Below, one piece after another: positions 26,396-39,357 of a stretch of DNA of 64,000 bases. Both the position numbers and the translations under genes were made by a program. The notes beneath the pieces were generated by a model. That model did not search any database. It had not been told where the DNA came from and saw only the letters and a program-made list of their open reading frames with translations. Origin of the DNA: Bilabrum cf. latius (Eukaryota); contig OZ237754.1 in assembly GCA_965178125.1 (NCBI GenBank), forward strand, positions 558,001 through 622,000, read 5' to 3'. Position 1 is the stretch's first letter, and every line of letters starts with the position of its first letter.

Positions 26396-28096
26396 ATGAC
26401 GCAGTTGGCAGCTGTCCTCCAATTCGCCACAGTTTTGACCCTAGTTGCACCCGGAAGGGTCACGGCAGGACAGGTATCATGCAAGTAGGGGCGGTATGCC
26501 TCAAGCACTGCTGTTGTTGAATCGCCTTAGAATGATGCAAATAGTACGCTTTGGCACGGATTCGATCCCAGTAGCATGCGCCGATTCGGGGAAGTCAATG
26601 GATCATCAAGCACACTTGCCGTTGGTTTGCTCGGCGGCCAATCGCACTACTTTGCTGTGGGATCGCAGCAGGCACCCACCTCGAATATTGCAGAGTGCTA
26701 GCTACCGAATCCTTCAGGGCACATGCATGGCTCAATTCTAGACCCAAGCAATTCGACATACCCCAGGAACGGAGAAGGCAGCATGGTTGCGCTGAGCGGA
26801 CCTCTTGGTCTATCCACAGGTAGTATTTTGTTTTTCTACGCTAAACAAACACAGTCTTAGGATGTTGGCAAGTCTTCAGTCTTCCTGCGAAGGTCCAGCG
26901 ATGGTGGATCAACGTGGATGTCTCCAGTCGAGTTTGCGGCATCCAATGGGTCATCGAGAGGATTGATCAGCACAGCTCGAGCTAGCAATGGCACATTAGT
27001 GGTTGCCTACATGCTAGGCGAGTCCAAATCTGCGGCTGTCAAGGTATTCCGCACATCAACAGACGGAGGCAAGTCGTGGTCCGTGGAGCGGCCGCTGTCC
27101 GACGGCATTCGCCCGTACATGTCTGGTGCGATGGATAGGATGAGGCGTCTCTCATCCGGAAGGATCCTGATCCCAATCCATGCCAAGCTGCCGCTTCCCA
27201 GCGATGGTACATTCGGTGTCGCAGGCGCAACGAAGCAGCTGCTTGGCACATACGTCTACCACAGCCCCCCCGCGAGCAACGGCATGCAGTTTCTCAGGGC
27301 AACCAAAGACCCCATCACGGTCCCTTCGAATCCATTCAACAATCCCGACGCGGGATTCTGGGAGGCTGCCTTGGCAGAGTGGGCCCCCGGCCACGTCATC
27401 ATGGTGGCCCGCACCGCGACCGGGAGGCTGTGGGCCAGTTTCTCAGAGGACGATGGCCTTTCATGGACGGTGGCGATGCCCACGGACATTCGGAACCCGC
27501 TGTGCCCCCCACAGCTGTACGCGCTCCGACCAGTAGATGGGTGGAGTGGGAACGCCCCTACTGGCCCGTCGACCACATCAGCCACGTCAGCAACGGGCTG
27601 GCCGGTGGTACTGCTTAACGACCCCCACACCAACACGAGTGCCGAGGGCCCAGAGGCGTGGGCCATGGGCCAGAGGCTGATCCTGGGCATGAGGACGCTA
27701 TCTTCGGATTCCATGCGTGTAGCGGAGCAAACTGCCTTGTCGTATACGAGGCAGGTGATCAAGGGGAGCAACAGCATGCTGTCGTCAATTGATCTAGATC
27801 CGCCGGAAGTAAAGCTCGCGTGGCAAGCGTCTTCCTATCGCACGATCGAGTACGACGGCAACAACTGGTACTCGTACCCGAGTGTGATCCGAGTGGCCAA
27901 ACTGAAGCATGGCTTCGGACATCTATCCGATGGCGGTGAATCATCGCCACAGCCGCGGGCGGCTGGGCCAAGTGCAGGCTCCAATGCGTCCAGCCTGCTC
28001 CTGAGCTACTACGCCTCGCCTGGAGGACCAGCTGCCCGGTCCCTGGTAATCCAGAACGTGCCAGTGGAAAAGGACCCACTGCCCAGTCCCTGGTGA
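26396..28096 (+). CDS. Secreted sialidase-like BNR/Asp-box beta-propeller protein (~566 aa, 4 in-frame TAG)
   Basis: Signal-like MTQLAAVLQFATVLTLVAPG; YPRNGEG; Asp-boxes SSDGGSTW, STDGGKSW, SEDDGLSW; YSYPSV; ends TGA. Confidence 0.85.
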
Positions 28097-28275
28097 TCCA
28101 GAGTCTGGATCGTGCCAGTGCGTGACAATCGTGGTGGAAGCTGCGGAGTCCCTGAGAACCTGAGGACAGCCGTCTAATTAGTTGCGTAACTGTGATCTGT
28201 AGGTCAATCAATCAAAGGCTCCCAATTGACAGCCGGCAGTTATGATATCAGTAACATGCACTCTCCTGTTCCCTG

Positions 28276-31200
28276 TCAGCATCCGGGATCCGGAGATGCA
28301 CCCCCTAACGTGGCACCAGCCATTCCGTCCATGTACCTGTGAGCCTCTGCCGTTCTGCCCGCATCCAACAGGAGCGCCACCAGCTCCTGCACCGTGGCCC
28401 TGTACTCCTGGCTCTGCTTGCCCTTCTGCAGGGTCAGGGCCTCCACTAGGTGAGACAGTGTCTTGACTTTATCCGTAAATGACGAATGTGTAATCATGGT
28501 GCGCATTCTCTTCAAGACTTGAAGATAGGCAGGATGCAGCTTGCTCAGCGCGGTCTCCAATATCTACCTGCATTGCTCCAAAAGACTCATGGCCTCCAAA
28601 CACTTGCCCTGCGAGCGCATGCCTACTGCCATGCTGTTGAGCGTACGGGCGTACTCGGGAGGCTTCTTGCCTAGTGCGGTCTCCAGTATCTACCTGCATT
28701 GCTCCAAGAGATTCATGGCCTCCAAAAACTTGCCCTGCAAGTGCAGACACGAGACCATGCTGTTGAGTGTACGGGCGTACTCGGGATGCATCTTGCCTAG
28801 CGTCGTCTCCTAAATCTACCTGCATTGCTCCAAAAGATCCATGGCCTCCACATGCTTGCCCTGCGACTTGAGACATAAGGCCATGCTGTTGAGCACGGTG
28901 GCATAGTTGGGATGCAGCTTGCCCAGTGCAGTCTCCATGATCTGCTTGCATTGCTCCAGGATCTCCAATGCCTTAGGCTACTTGCCCTGTGATTGCAGAC
29001 ACGAGGCCATGTTGTTGAGCGTACTGGCGTACTCGGGATGCATCTTGCCTAGCGTTGTCTCCTAAATCTTCCTGCATTGCTCTAAAAGCACCAATGACTC
29101 CGCATACTTGCCCTGTGAGTCCAGGCACGAGGCCATGTTATTTAGCGTAGTGGCGTAGTCAGGATGGTCCTTGCCCAGTGCGGTCTCCATGATCTGCATG
29201 CATTGCTCATACAGCTTCAATGCCTCCGCATACTTGCCCTGTGGGACAAGACATGAGGCCATGTTGTTGAGCGTGGTGGCGTAGTCAGGATGGTCCTTGC
29301 CCAGGGCGGTCTCCCGTATCTGCCTGCATTGCTCATACAGCTTCAATGCCTCCGCATACTTGCCCTGCGACTGCAGGCACAGGGCAATGTTGTTGAGCGT
29401 GGTGGCGTAGTTCGGATGCAGCTTGCCTAGCGCTATCTCCCGTATCTGCCTGCATTGTTCATGCAGCTTCAATGCCTCCGCATACTTGCCCTGCGACTGC
29501 AGGCACGAGGCAATGTTATTGAGCGTACGGGCGTAGTTCGGATGCATCTTGCCTAGCGCTATCTCCCGTATCTGCCTGCATTGCTCATACAGCTTCAATG
29601 CCTCCGCATACTTGCCCTGCGACTGCAGACATGAGGCCATGTTGCTGAGCGTACGGGCGTAGTCAGGATGCATCTTGCCTAGCGCTATCTCCCGTATCTG
29701 CCTGCATTGCTCATACAGCACCATGGCATCCTGACGGTCTATGACTAGGCATGACGCTATGTCATGCAGCGTTGTAGCAAGCCTCAGGGTGTCGCGTGAT
29801 ACACCAGGCTTGGCCATAAGGTCGGCAATGCAAGTAGCAGCGGCACGCCGAGTATGTTCCAGACCAGAGGACTTTGCCGATAGATTGCTCAGTGCATCCA
29901 ATACACCGGCTTGGTCTGACCCTTCGACTCGCTACGTGTGCGCCAGCTCTTGCACCAAGCTGATTGCACCCTCTATTGCATCCATTCGATGTATACCCCC
30001 AGCTGCTGCAAGGCTGGTCCCTGCACAGTTTGCGCATGAGGTGTGCACGACACTTTGCATGCCGATGCTGGGTCGAGTCGTAGCCTGTGCCAGATCAACA
30101 GTAGTGTCGACCCCAGTTGATGCGAACAGCTGTGCCGGTAGCTACCAATCTATGGAGCGTTTAGCTGTTTCATCCGAAAGGTCCAATCGGCGGCCATCTA
30201 TAGTTCCAAAGATTGAGTGGTTGCCATTCACCTGTCCATGCAGCAGAGCCGCACCAACAAGGCCCCTCTCCCCCTCGTCCTCCAGCTGATCCACAAGCAG
30301 ACGGACATGCCTGAGACCCAGACCAAACGAGTGCATCAACCGCTTCAGCACGACACGATGCACCGCTGGATCTGCCTATACATCCACTGTGCGGTAAAGA
30401 GCCAGCACCTCGGCGCTAGCCTTGGCATACAGCTTACCGATACACTGCCGGGCTCGTGACCTAGCTCTTGCATCTCCTCTCATGATCAAGTCCGGGCTCA
30501 GGCCCTCGAATGCATCATCGCCCTCCAGCTCCCGCAGCCGATGCGCAGCCTCGGGAGGCAGCAAACAGGTCATAGCCGCATTACCAGAGTAGTACCATCG
30601 TGGACATGCCACGATCGCCACCATGATCACCTTGCCGCTGCTGTCCTTGGCGCAAGCACTAATGCAGCCTGAGTCAACGTGGCGCTGCATGCCACCTGAC
30701 TTGAAGGTGACGCCTGCCATCACTCCAGTCGAATCACACCATTTCTGCAGGGCAGCGCGCACCAGCTCAATCGAGACAGATTGTGGACGACCAGACATGC
30801 AAAATGAGTCCAGCTGCCCACGGTGCAGTATTGGCATACCGCCCGGCTCTAATCCAGCGGTTCTCGTGTCAATTGCCCACACACGCGGCTTGGCCTCATC
30901 GGACCTCATCCAGTCCATCCACGGCACATCAGGCATCAGCAGCCGGTGTGTATCCAGTATCATCCTCTACCCGCTCGGCAGCTGGTGCACCTCCACATCG
31001 AATGGAAGATGCATGTTGACCTCAACATCGCCCAGCTGCTCACACACATGCTCCACATTGGGCACAGGCTTTCTGTAGTCTAAACGCGCGCCTGATGACT
31101 CAATTGCAGCGAACACAGCCCGGGCCAGCTCCTGCTCCTGCGGTGTGAGTCTCTTCTCGTCCTCCGCCGTCAGCCGCATGCACCCATGATCCAGTGCCCC

Positions 31201-32808
31201 CCTGACACGCTTCACGCAATCAGGGTCCATGCCACGCTCTTGCAGCACATCGAGAAATGTAGTGGAAGTGGAAGTACTGGTACCACCAGTGTCTGATGCA
31301 ATGTATTTGTGCTGCACTGCCTTGAAACCGCGGGCCACATACTCCGCGATACCAAAGTGCCGCGCAAGAGGCTTCACCACGTCCTCCAGCTGCTCCTCGT
31401 CCTGGTGCATAGATGTCCCTCCATCTGAAGACCCCACTCGCAGCGTCGTATCACGAACCGATGTTGCGAAGGCAGTTTCGAAGGCTCCAGCATCAGGCTC
31501 TTGCCCACCGTGTTGCGATTCATGCGACTTACGGAATGCTGCCTCATCCCATGCCATGCACCCTCGCACATCCACTCGAGCAAATGCCTGCACACGGATC
31601 GAGTAGTGCCCACCTCCCACCAGACCCGCACACACATCCACGCACTCCAGCAGAGGTGTCGACACGTGCACACTGTCCATAGCGTGCACCCAACGACTCG
31701 CTGCCGCCTCCCGTTTGGCCGCCTTGGCTGCCATGCGTGTGCTGCCGTAGAAGCCCAGGTGGTCGAACGCGAACTTCAGAAACAGGCCCAGACCCTCATG
31801 CACTGCCTTGATGCCCCCGGCCATGCCACCTGCATCGATGAATGTGAGACCCAGGGCCTTCTCGATCTTGGCCTTGTCACCATCGGTGAAGCCCACGGGG
31901 TCCAGCGACCTGTCACCGTGCCTCCATTTCAGCTCCATCTCGGGAAAACCCTCCAGCGCTTTGCGCACGTCCTGCCTGAAGAGCACCCCGATGCGGTCTA
32001 GCCTTTGCTTGCGATCCTGCTGCTCGTGCGGCCACAGGGCCAAGGTGCGCTTGGCGGCCTCGAATGCAGGCTGCCTGCCCTTGGGGGAAGGAGCTTCATC
32101 GTTGCTATCGTCAGCAGTCTTCTTCGTCCTTGCATCTAATAATGGACTCATTACTGCGTGTCCCGCGCTGGCCCGCCCATCTCCGGCCTCATTGCCACCC
32201 ACAGACACAGGCCCATACGATGGCATGGGTACCTGCCCTGCCCCGGCCCGCCCATCTCCGGCCTCAATGCCACCCACAGACACAGGCCCATACGATGGCA
32301 CCGGCAGGTCCCCTTTGCTGTTGTGCCCGATAATTCTCTCAGACTTCTATTCGACAGCCTCAGATTTTCCTATCGTGCCCGCTTCACCTCCGCCCCCCAC
32401 TTTCAGTGCCCTCCCGTCACTGGATTCCGCTACCTCGTACGGCAGTCGGACAGCAGATGACTAGTCCGCCCCAGCACAGGATGCAGCATGCGAAAGCACA
32501 CGAGTTTTGGTCATTGTCAAGTCCGCAGACATTTCGGAGTCGGCATGTACTTGGGGCGATGCTGGGGGCCTGACCGATTCTGTTGGCGGCTCAATCCCCG
32601 ATTCATGCTGGCCGGGGTCTCCGCCAAAACTTCCATCTAAATCATCGTTTATTTGTTGTACTAAAGTCGTGGTTGATCTATGTACACCGCTGGGATCTGT
32701 CGTTTCATTGCGCGAGCAGCAAGCCGCCGCTTCGCCCTCGGGACCTATATGCACTTGTAGCGGGCAGCTACCAGAGGCAAGAGGCTTATCTAGTTGTTTG
32801 TCTGACAT
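28276..32808 (-). CDS. Clu-domain protein with C-terminal kinesin-light-chain-type TPR array (~1510 aa, 12 in-frame TAG)
   Basis: Six ORF pieces in one frame joined only by TAG; Clu-like motifs GGMAGGIK..FLKFAFD..FYG..AAKAAKRE, VGSSDGG, PFDVEVH..ILDTHRL, HSFGLGLRH; 42-aa TPR units; ends TGA. Confidence 0.85.
28545..29725 (-). repeat. 126-bp (42-aa) TPR tandem array, ~9.5-10 units
   Basis: EQCx[Q]I motif recurs exactly every 126 bp from 28564 to 29698. Confidence 0.95.
32160..32301 (-). repeat. 72-bp coding duplication (PSYGPVSVGGxEAGDGRAxAG)
   Basis: Two near-identical copies in the N-terminal region of the Clu-TPR gene. Confidence 0.85.
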
Positions 32809-33144
32809 TCTGTGTAGGGCAAAACAACTGTCCGGATTCCCTTACAATTCCTGGAAGCAGAAGGCCGCTATGTAGTAGACAGCTGGGATTGAGCTGCCAG
32901 TGGTAGGGATCGATGTCGCAGTGCGAATCAAGAATGGTTTGTTGGCCGCGGCAGGAATCATTAAAAAGTTGTAGAGAGCCGATGTACGTATCACGACTCC
33001 GTTTTATTGTGAAAACGGCTGGGACACAAGACGTTGCAACCGCCTGCAGTGCCAAAACGCCGTGTACCTCCCTCCATACCCCCAGAGCTGAGGCACTGCG
33101 CTGCTATTCTAACTCTGTGCTAGTAATGCACATCGTCAATCGCA

Positions 33145-34552
33145 TCAGAAGTACGACTGTAGCAGCTTCTCGAGTGTCACGCCTTCCGCCGTTTCGCCCG
33201 AGCAGGCGAACCCCTCAGGCCCCTTCTTCCACCCGCTGGAGCCCTGCCCGTCGCAGCCCCACACCACGAATGCTCGGTTCGGACCCCCCTTCTGGGGCGC
33301 CGCCCCCCCCCAACTCTCGCAGCAAAAGTCCACGTCATTCGACGCGATGTCCCATTTGGAGCGGAAGGGGAAGGAGAGGCTGGCGTTCCCATTCTCTAGG
33401 TTCTGGGCGGCTGGCCGCATGAACTCGCTGGCAACGCGCGTGTCGTTCTGGGACGGCTCGACGAACGCCAGCTTCGCCTGCTCCCAGTGGAGCAGGTCTT
33501 TGGACCGCTGCAGGACGATCTTGCGCCCGCCCGAGCCCGTGTAGTAAAAACCATCAGAAGGCAGATACCTCACGCTGGGGCACGCCTCCACGCCCCCTTT
33601 CGCCTGGCTTGGTGGCAGCGTGACCCACCCGGATCGCAGGTCCCCGTTCTCGTTGTTGTTCACGATCCAGGCATCGCCCGACTCGGTAGCCATCACGTAG
33701 CGGTGCGGAGGAAGGTTCCCCGGCAGGTTCGCTGCCGCGGGTTGCTGTTGTTCTGCACCACTGGCACTGGCATCAGGCAGTTGCTTCTGCTGCCTCTACT
33801 GCTGCTCGCCAGGCCCGTACACCCTCCCAATGTCGGTGTTGGGGCCGCTCCACGTGATACCGTCGGCAAGCGAGCGCTCCCATGTCACCAGATCGCTAGA
33901 GTTGAACACGTACACGCCGCACTCCCAGTGCCCGCAGAACTTGTGGGGAGGGCCAAAGGGCCGCTTGGCCGTCTTGTTGGCGCCTCGCTCGTTCGGCGTG
34001 GCGGATACCCACAGCATTCCGTGGTCATAGTCCACGAATGCCGCCCCAAATCCGAATCCGATGCTATGCGACACGTTCTGAATTACCTGCCCCGTTTCTT
34101 TGTCTCGGATTCTGAAGTAAGAATGTCCGAGGTAGGTCGAGTTCCACAGCTCCTCTACGCCATGCAGGCGAAAATGAAAGCACGATACTATGACGTATAT
34201 GACAAGAAAACAATTCATACAGGCGTACAAGTACATCAGTGTCTCACCATGTCCCCAGTAGGCCCCATATGGGTCCCCCCAACCCGGAATGTCCAGCGGG
34301 CCTCGGCATACGTTTTCAAGAAGGTACATCTTGTCTGCAAAAATTCTCGAGGTCAAGTACTTTGTATTACCAAGTAGAGTTTCACTCAGAGGCGTCAATC
34401 AGTCAATCATCCGTACTCTTACTGTCTTTTGGCCAGAAAAACGGGGTGGTCTCGCACATGGTGGCGTCATACGATCCCAACGTGGCAAAATTCCCGTCGA
34501 GAAAAGCAGTTGCACCTGCAATCATATTGATGTAAACATGCAACAAGCGCAT
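33145..34552 (-). CDS. Secreted glycoside-hydrolase-like beta-propeller (GH43/GH32-like fold), 3 exons
   Basis: Signal-like MRLLHVYINMIAGATA; CETTPFFW, SSDLVTW, EACPSVRY, RSKDLLHW; GT-AG introns 34335-34422 and 34155-34247; TAG 33796 inside EQQ*RQQKQ; ends TGA. Confidence 0.7.
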
Positions 34553-34691
34553 ATCTGTGAATACTCCGTAGACTGCGGTAGGAAGGAGGAAAACTCTCAA
34601 GTTCTAATGAACCTGGACAGAACGTTCGCGCATTTGCAGTCCGTTCCCGTCCGGCCGAGAAATTTAGTGATTCCCGCAGAACTAAGACAAG
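34553..34691. promoter_or_regulatory. Putative bidirectional promoter (139 bp between divergent start codons)
   Basis: Inferred only from head-to-head gene models. Confidence 0.35.
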
Positions 34692-35755
34692 ATGCCGAGC
34701 AAGCTTAACCCTAATGCAAAGAAGAGTACTGTTAAGACACCTTCATAGCGTCTCTCAAAAGATATGATAGAAGATAGGGCAGGATAGTCGATATCACACC
34801 TTCGAGAAGCGCGCTAGATCTGCAAGTGAGGCCTCTTGCAGATTTCATGTCAATTATCAACTATGTTCTCCGATATCATCCTAAACAGTATAATGTTTGT
34901 AAATTTGATGACCACGAACGCCTGTATCTGTTTCGAGCGGGTCTACAAGCTACTAATGGTACTGCCAAGTTCTTTGCGCTATCCTCTGAGCGCAGATATA
35001 GGTCGCCATCTGACCCGCCGCTGGGGACAGTGGCTCTATCTAGGTAGTAGATAGCTTTGGCTCGTGATCAGGCGCGCTGTTCTGAGGACGGCAGCTTGAG
35101 CATGCGTACCGGAACGCAGCTCGAGTGGTCCAGCGCGGCGCCCAGGCAGCTTGCGATCGCCGGTCCAATGCTTGGCCCTCGCGTCACAAAGCACTCTGGT
35201 GTACACATTCATGGTAGCGATAGGAGCGCAGGATCTGCCGCCTCGGGTCCAGGGGCCCGCAAAGCGAGCAAGATGTCTAGGAGCAAGGAGCGGTTGCGAG
35301 AGCTCGTCGTCGAGGAGGAACGAGATGCATCGCACGGTGGTGCACTGAGGCCCATGGCAGATGATGCACCTACTACTGAACCAACTATGAAGTCATCTGG
35401 ATCTCCAAAGGGGGCTCATCTGCCGAGCAGCAGGCGCGCAGTGCCCTCGATTCGAACGCCGCTGTCTCCTCTGCTCTCGCCCCTGCGACCCCAGGGCGCG
35501 ATGAAGGGCGCATCGGGTGGACAAGCAAGCAGCTATATGCTAGACAAGACTAGGGTCAGAAGTTTTGCTTCCGCTGCTGCCGTTCCTGGCTCTTCAGCGC
35601 CCGGATCATCCAGCCCGTCGGTGGCGGTTTCGAAATCAGGCACTGGCGCATCAGTGGTCGGCAGGCTGCGGAGCCCCTCTGGTCTCCGGAGCCCGACGGG
35701 CATGAGGAGTCCGATCCGCGGGGGTGGGGGAAGATCGAGCGGGATGCGGCTGTGA
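34692..35755 (+). CDS. Hypothetical basic Ser/Pro-rich protein, 2 exons (5 in-frame TAG)
   Basis: Exon 1 MPSKLNPNAKK..; phase-2 intron GTGAGG 34826 to CGCAG 34995 joins into the 35057-35755 frame; ends TGA; model tentative. Confidence 0.5.
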
Positions 35756-36035
35756 TCGAAGCATGGATTATGCGATTCGATGGCCGAGAGTGCTCTTCTG
35801 CGGATTCTTGTGGCTTCAGCTTGACTGCGCAGCGCAGGAGCGGGATATTTGGATACAAGCCCTTTTGCGACTATTTTAAACTGGTGATACGTCTCGAATA
35901 AGACCAGCACGGAGCAATTCAACAACTTGTCACATGATGGTGGGGGTTGCGACCAGTCCGCGCGACTGCCAACGGAACCACGAGCGAAGCGCAGCAGCCG
36001 GTTTTGTGCAGTACGAAGGCTGACTGCGTTACTAA

Positions 36036-36806
36036 ATGGGATTATGTGCAAGTTCATAGGTATGTTCCAACTCTGTTTTGTGAAAAATGCTTCAGCCAAC
36101 GATCTAGAAGCACTGTAGCGAGTTCTTTCCATCGAAGTGTTGCCACGCGCCGCAGGTTGAACCTCACCCAGCGAAGCCATACACTCGTAAAAAGGAAGAG
36201 GAGTTCCAAAGAGAGCAAGCTGAGGTCGACGAGGTGCACCCTGACGACGATGTGGCCAAGCAGCCGGGAGACCTTAGTGCTCGATAGGCTTCTGAAAGCA
36301 TAGAAGGCGACGATGCAGATCGTAGGATAAAGAAGAAGTTCGTGAAAAGCAGAGATAGCATGGTTGTGAACCAGGAGAAGGTTACAAAAAGCAGGCGGGA
36401 CTTATTTGCGCACCCCAAGGAGAGCGTTCCGAAACGAGATCCGGCGAAGCCCGAGACGGCTGACGTGCCCGTGCCACCGAAACCAAATTTCCAGGGGCAC
36501 AAGCCGTTCGGAGGCGAATCTAGACGCAACTTGAGCGCGCGGGGATCCTCTGGAAGCTCAGGCACGGCCACCGCTGCCTTAGGCTCTGCACGGGACCGTT
36601 CCAGAGAGCAGACGGCCAGCACGAGCTCTCACGGGCACCCGGGGAAGGCGTCGCCAACCGCTGGGGATGGTCGAAAGCTTGCAGTGGCCGACGCATCGTC
36701 CGGATCGAGGCAGGCAGCAGTTGTTGCCGGGACAGGGGGTTCGGCTGACAGCGCGGCTGAGGCACCGGACGGACAGGCCGCCTCGTTGCCGGGCACAGCA
36801 GATTGA
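36036..36806 (+). CDS. Small protein with N-myristoylation/palmitoylation motif MGLCASSQ, 2 exons
   Basis: Exon 1 ATG GGA TTA TGT GCA AGT TCA TAG|GTATGT; intron 36060-36155 ending CGCAG; exon 2 open to TGA 36804. Confidence 0.7.
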
Positions 36807-37000
36807 TTGATGCCGGCCGGTCAATTTGGCACACGATGGCTCTTTAATGCCATCGATTAAGTGTTCGTGGGTGGCTATAGCGCTGGCCAAGATAAATTTC
36901 TGCTGATGATGCGATTGTTGCGTATAGTTTGCTGCTGCAAAAAAATAATTTCTGTTTCGCGCTCCTATGCTCAACTGCTATTCAGTTAGCTCGCACAGTC

Positions 37001-39121
37001 ATGCGCAACGCTGAATTCGTCCATTCGAATCCCGATATTGAGTCTGGTACAAGCGCATAGAAACCTTCGGGAAAACCGGCCGATGGCGAAACCAAGCGGG
37101 AGGCAAAGAAAAAGGGTTGCTTTGGCTTGGGGTTCGGATGCGGTGGAATCGTTGGTGTTACTCTCCTGCTTCTGATCATCGGGGTGGTTTTTATTGCCGT
37201 TCGATCATCAGAGGACGACGAAACCACAGATGAGCCTGCAGAGGTGGTAGCAAGGGCGCGAGTTGCCTCCTTGCTCTCGGAGAACTGCAACAACGCGTCG
37301 CTGTCGCAATCAGAGGCAGAATCTGCGGGGCTATCGCATTCTGTGTCCGTATCAATGGACATTTAGTTTGAAAACGTCACAGCTCCTGGCTGCTCCGACG
37401 TTTCTGGTCTTGTGGGGCCGCTTGCGAGCCTCGCTCAGGTTCCAGCTAACCGCGTGCTAGTTTCCACAACTCCCGCTGCCCCTGGTACCGGCGGCGGCGC
37501 CGCAAGTCTGGCGACTGTTGACGTGGCATTCCTGGCAATTTCGGTAGAAACAGGAAGAGAGCTGATTTCCACGATTTCGACAGCACTCCAAGCAACTCCG
37601 ACCGACGACGACTCGCCTGACGGTGGCGCTGCCCAGGGGCTCGCGACCTGGATCGAGCAGCAGCTCCCGGCTGCCACCGTGACTGCTGCCCCGGCAACCG
37701 GCAGGACATTCGTTGTCGCAGACATCGATTACAGCTCTGCGACCCCAGCCCCTGGCCAGCCATCCCCCTCTCCCTCACCCGCTGCGGGTGGCGGCGGGGC
37801 CTCGCCGACACCGAGCGCTTCTCCCGCCGCCCAGCTGCACCCAGACCAGGTGGACACCGTGAACATCCCAGACCCAATTTCCGTGTTCAACATCCTCGGG
37901 GCGCACGGAAGCGGCGAGGTGCTCCTGTGGGCAGGAGACACCGCACACGGTAGGGAGCTATTCAAGGTGGGGCAGACAGGCGGCGTGGAGCTGATCGAAG
38001 ACACCAACGCGGGGACGGGAATGACGTACTATGAAAGCCCTCGTAGGGGGTATGGGCCCATGCAGGTGGCAAGCAAGACGTGCGTGTCACCAATCGGACT
38101 AGTGGTGTGCTACGACGGCACCACGCTAGAGAGCATTGCCAGCGGCATTTCTTCGGACTACGACGAGTGGATCACGGACGGAACCACGGTGTACTACGTG
38201 AGCACTCGGAACCACCCCACCCATGGACCACAGCAGATGATCTTCATATATGACGGAACCAGCAGTCCCACCGAGATGCCCATGCCGACAGAGGCGCTCC
38301 AGGCAGCCATGTACCCTGGCGTGCCCGCGCTCCACGATGGCAAGGTTTACTTCAAGACTCACACTGCTGACTTCGGCGTGGAGCTGACTGTGTACGACGG
38401 CACGTCTTCCACATTGCTGGATCTCCGCAGTGGGGCGCGACAAGGTCTCTACCCCAAGAACATGATCTCGTTCGGAGGCAAGCTGTATTTCATGGGGGAA
38501 GAATCCAGCGCTGTGGGCTACGAGCTCATGACGTACACGGACGGCGCGACCACTGCCGAGAGGGTCTCAGCGACGGAGATGGTTGCTGGAGCTGATGATC
38601 CCAACGCTGCAAGCTTCACCGTTCTGGACGCCACTCGCATGATCTTCGTGGCCACCACACCGGCAGAGGGCACCGAGCTCTGGTCCGTGACCACTGCCGG
38701 CAGCCTTGGCATTGTGCTGGATATCAACCCGGGCACTGACTCAAGCCAGATCAGCTCCTTCTCCATTCTCAACAACGTGGCGTATTTCGCGGCCAACGAT
38801 GGGACGCATGGCCATGAGCTGTGGAGCTACGACGGCTCCACCACGCCTGCCATGCTGCACGAGTTCAACCCGGGCGCTGCCAACGGGCTCAACCCGTCGA
38901 GCCTGTTCTAGAACACCGGCAGCAGGCTCTTCATGCAGGCCGACAGCTCCGAGGGCTGGAACCCCTGGCACTACAACGGGCAGGGCACCCCGGAGCGCCT
39001 CATTGACCTCCCCAGGAACACCACGACCTTGCGCTTGCAGATGCTCGCGCAAGGCACCAAGCTGTTCGTGCGGGCCTCCGAAGGGCAGGAAACTGCCCTG
39101 TACCGGATCGACCAGCCCTGA
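37001..39121 (+). CDS. Type II membrane-anchored ELWxxDGT-repeat beta-propeller protein (~706 aa, 3 in-frame TAG)
   Basis: N-terminal TM GIVGVTLLLLIIGVVFIAV; SPSPSP linker; repeats HGRELF, FGVELTVYDGT, GYELMTYTDG, GTELWSV, HGHELWSYDGS, DINPG; ends TGA. Confidence 0.85.
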
Positions 39122-39357
39122 GCTGAATCATGCTTTCCTGTACTACACAGGAGGCAGAGCAGCAGTGCGTCCTGGCACTCGCGATGCAACTGCTGAGACT
39201 GCTGTGAGGACGGCAGACGCTGTAGCCTGACGCTAGGCTTGCACCATCGTGATGCACGCATTGAAAGCCACAGTACAACATTTTAATTCCCGCAATACTT
39301 CAATGTGCGCACTGAGCTTGTGCGGGCTATGCGCTTACACACTGCTGCTACTTGCCT

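Noticed and set aside
34607-34825. Alternative frame needing TAA read-through (three TAA near 34706-34735)
   Set aside because: A model starting at ATG 34692 with intron 34826-34995 explains the locus without internal TAA; RNA-seq would settle it
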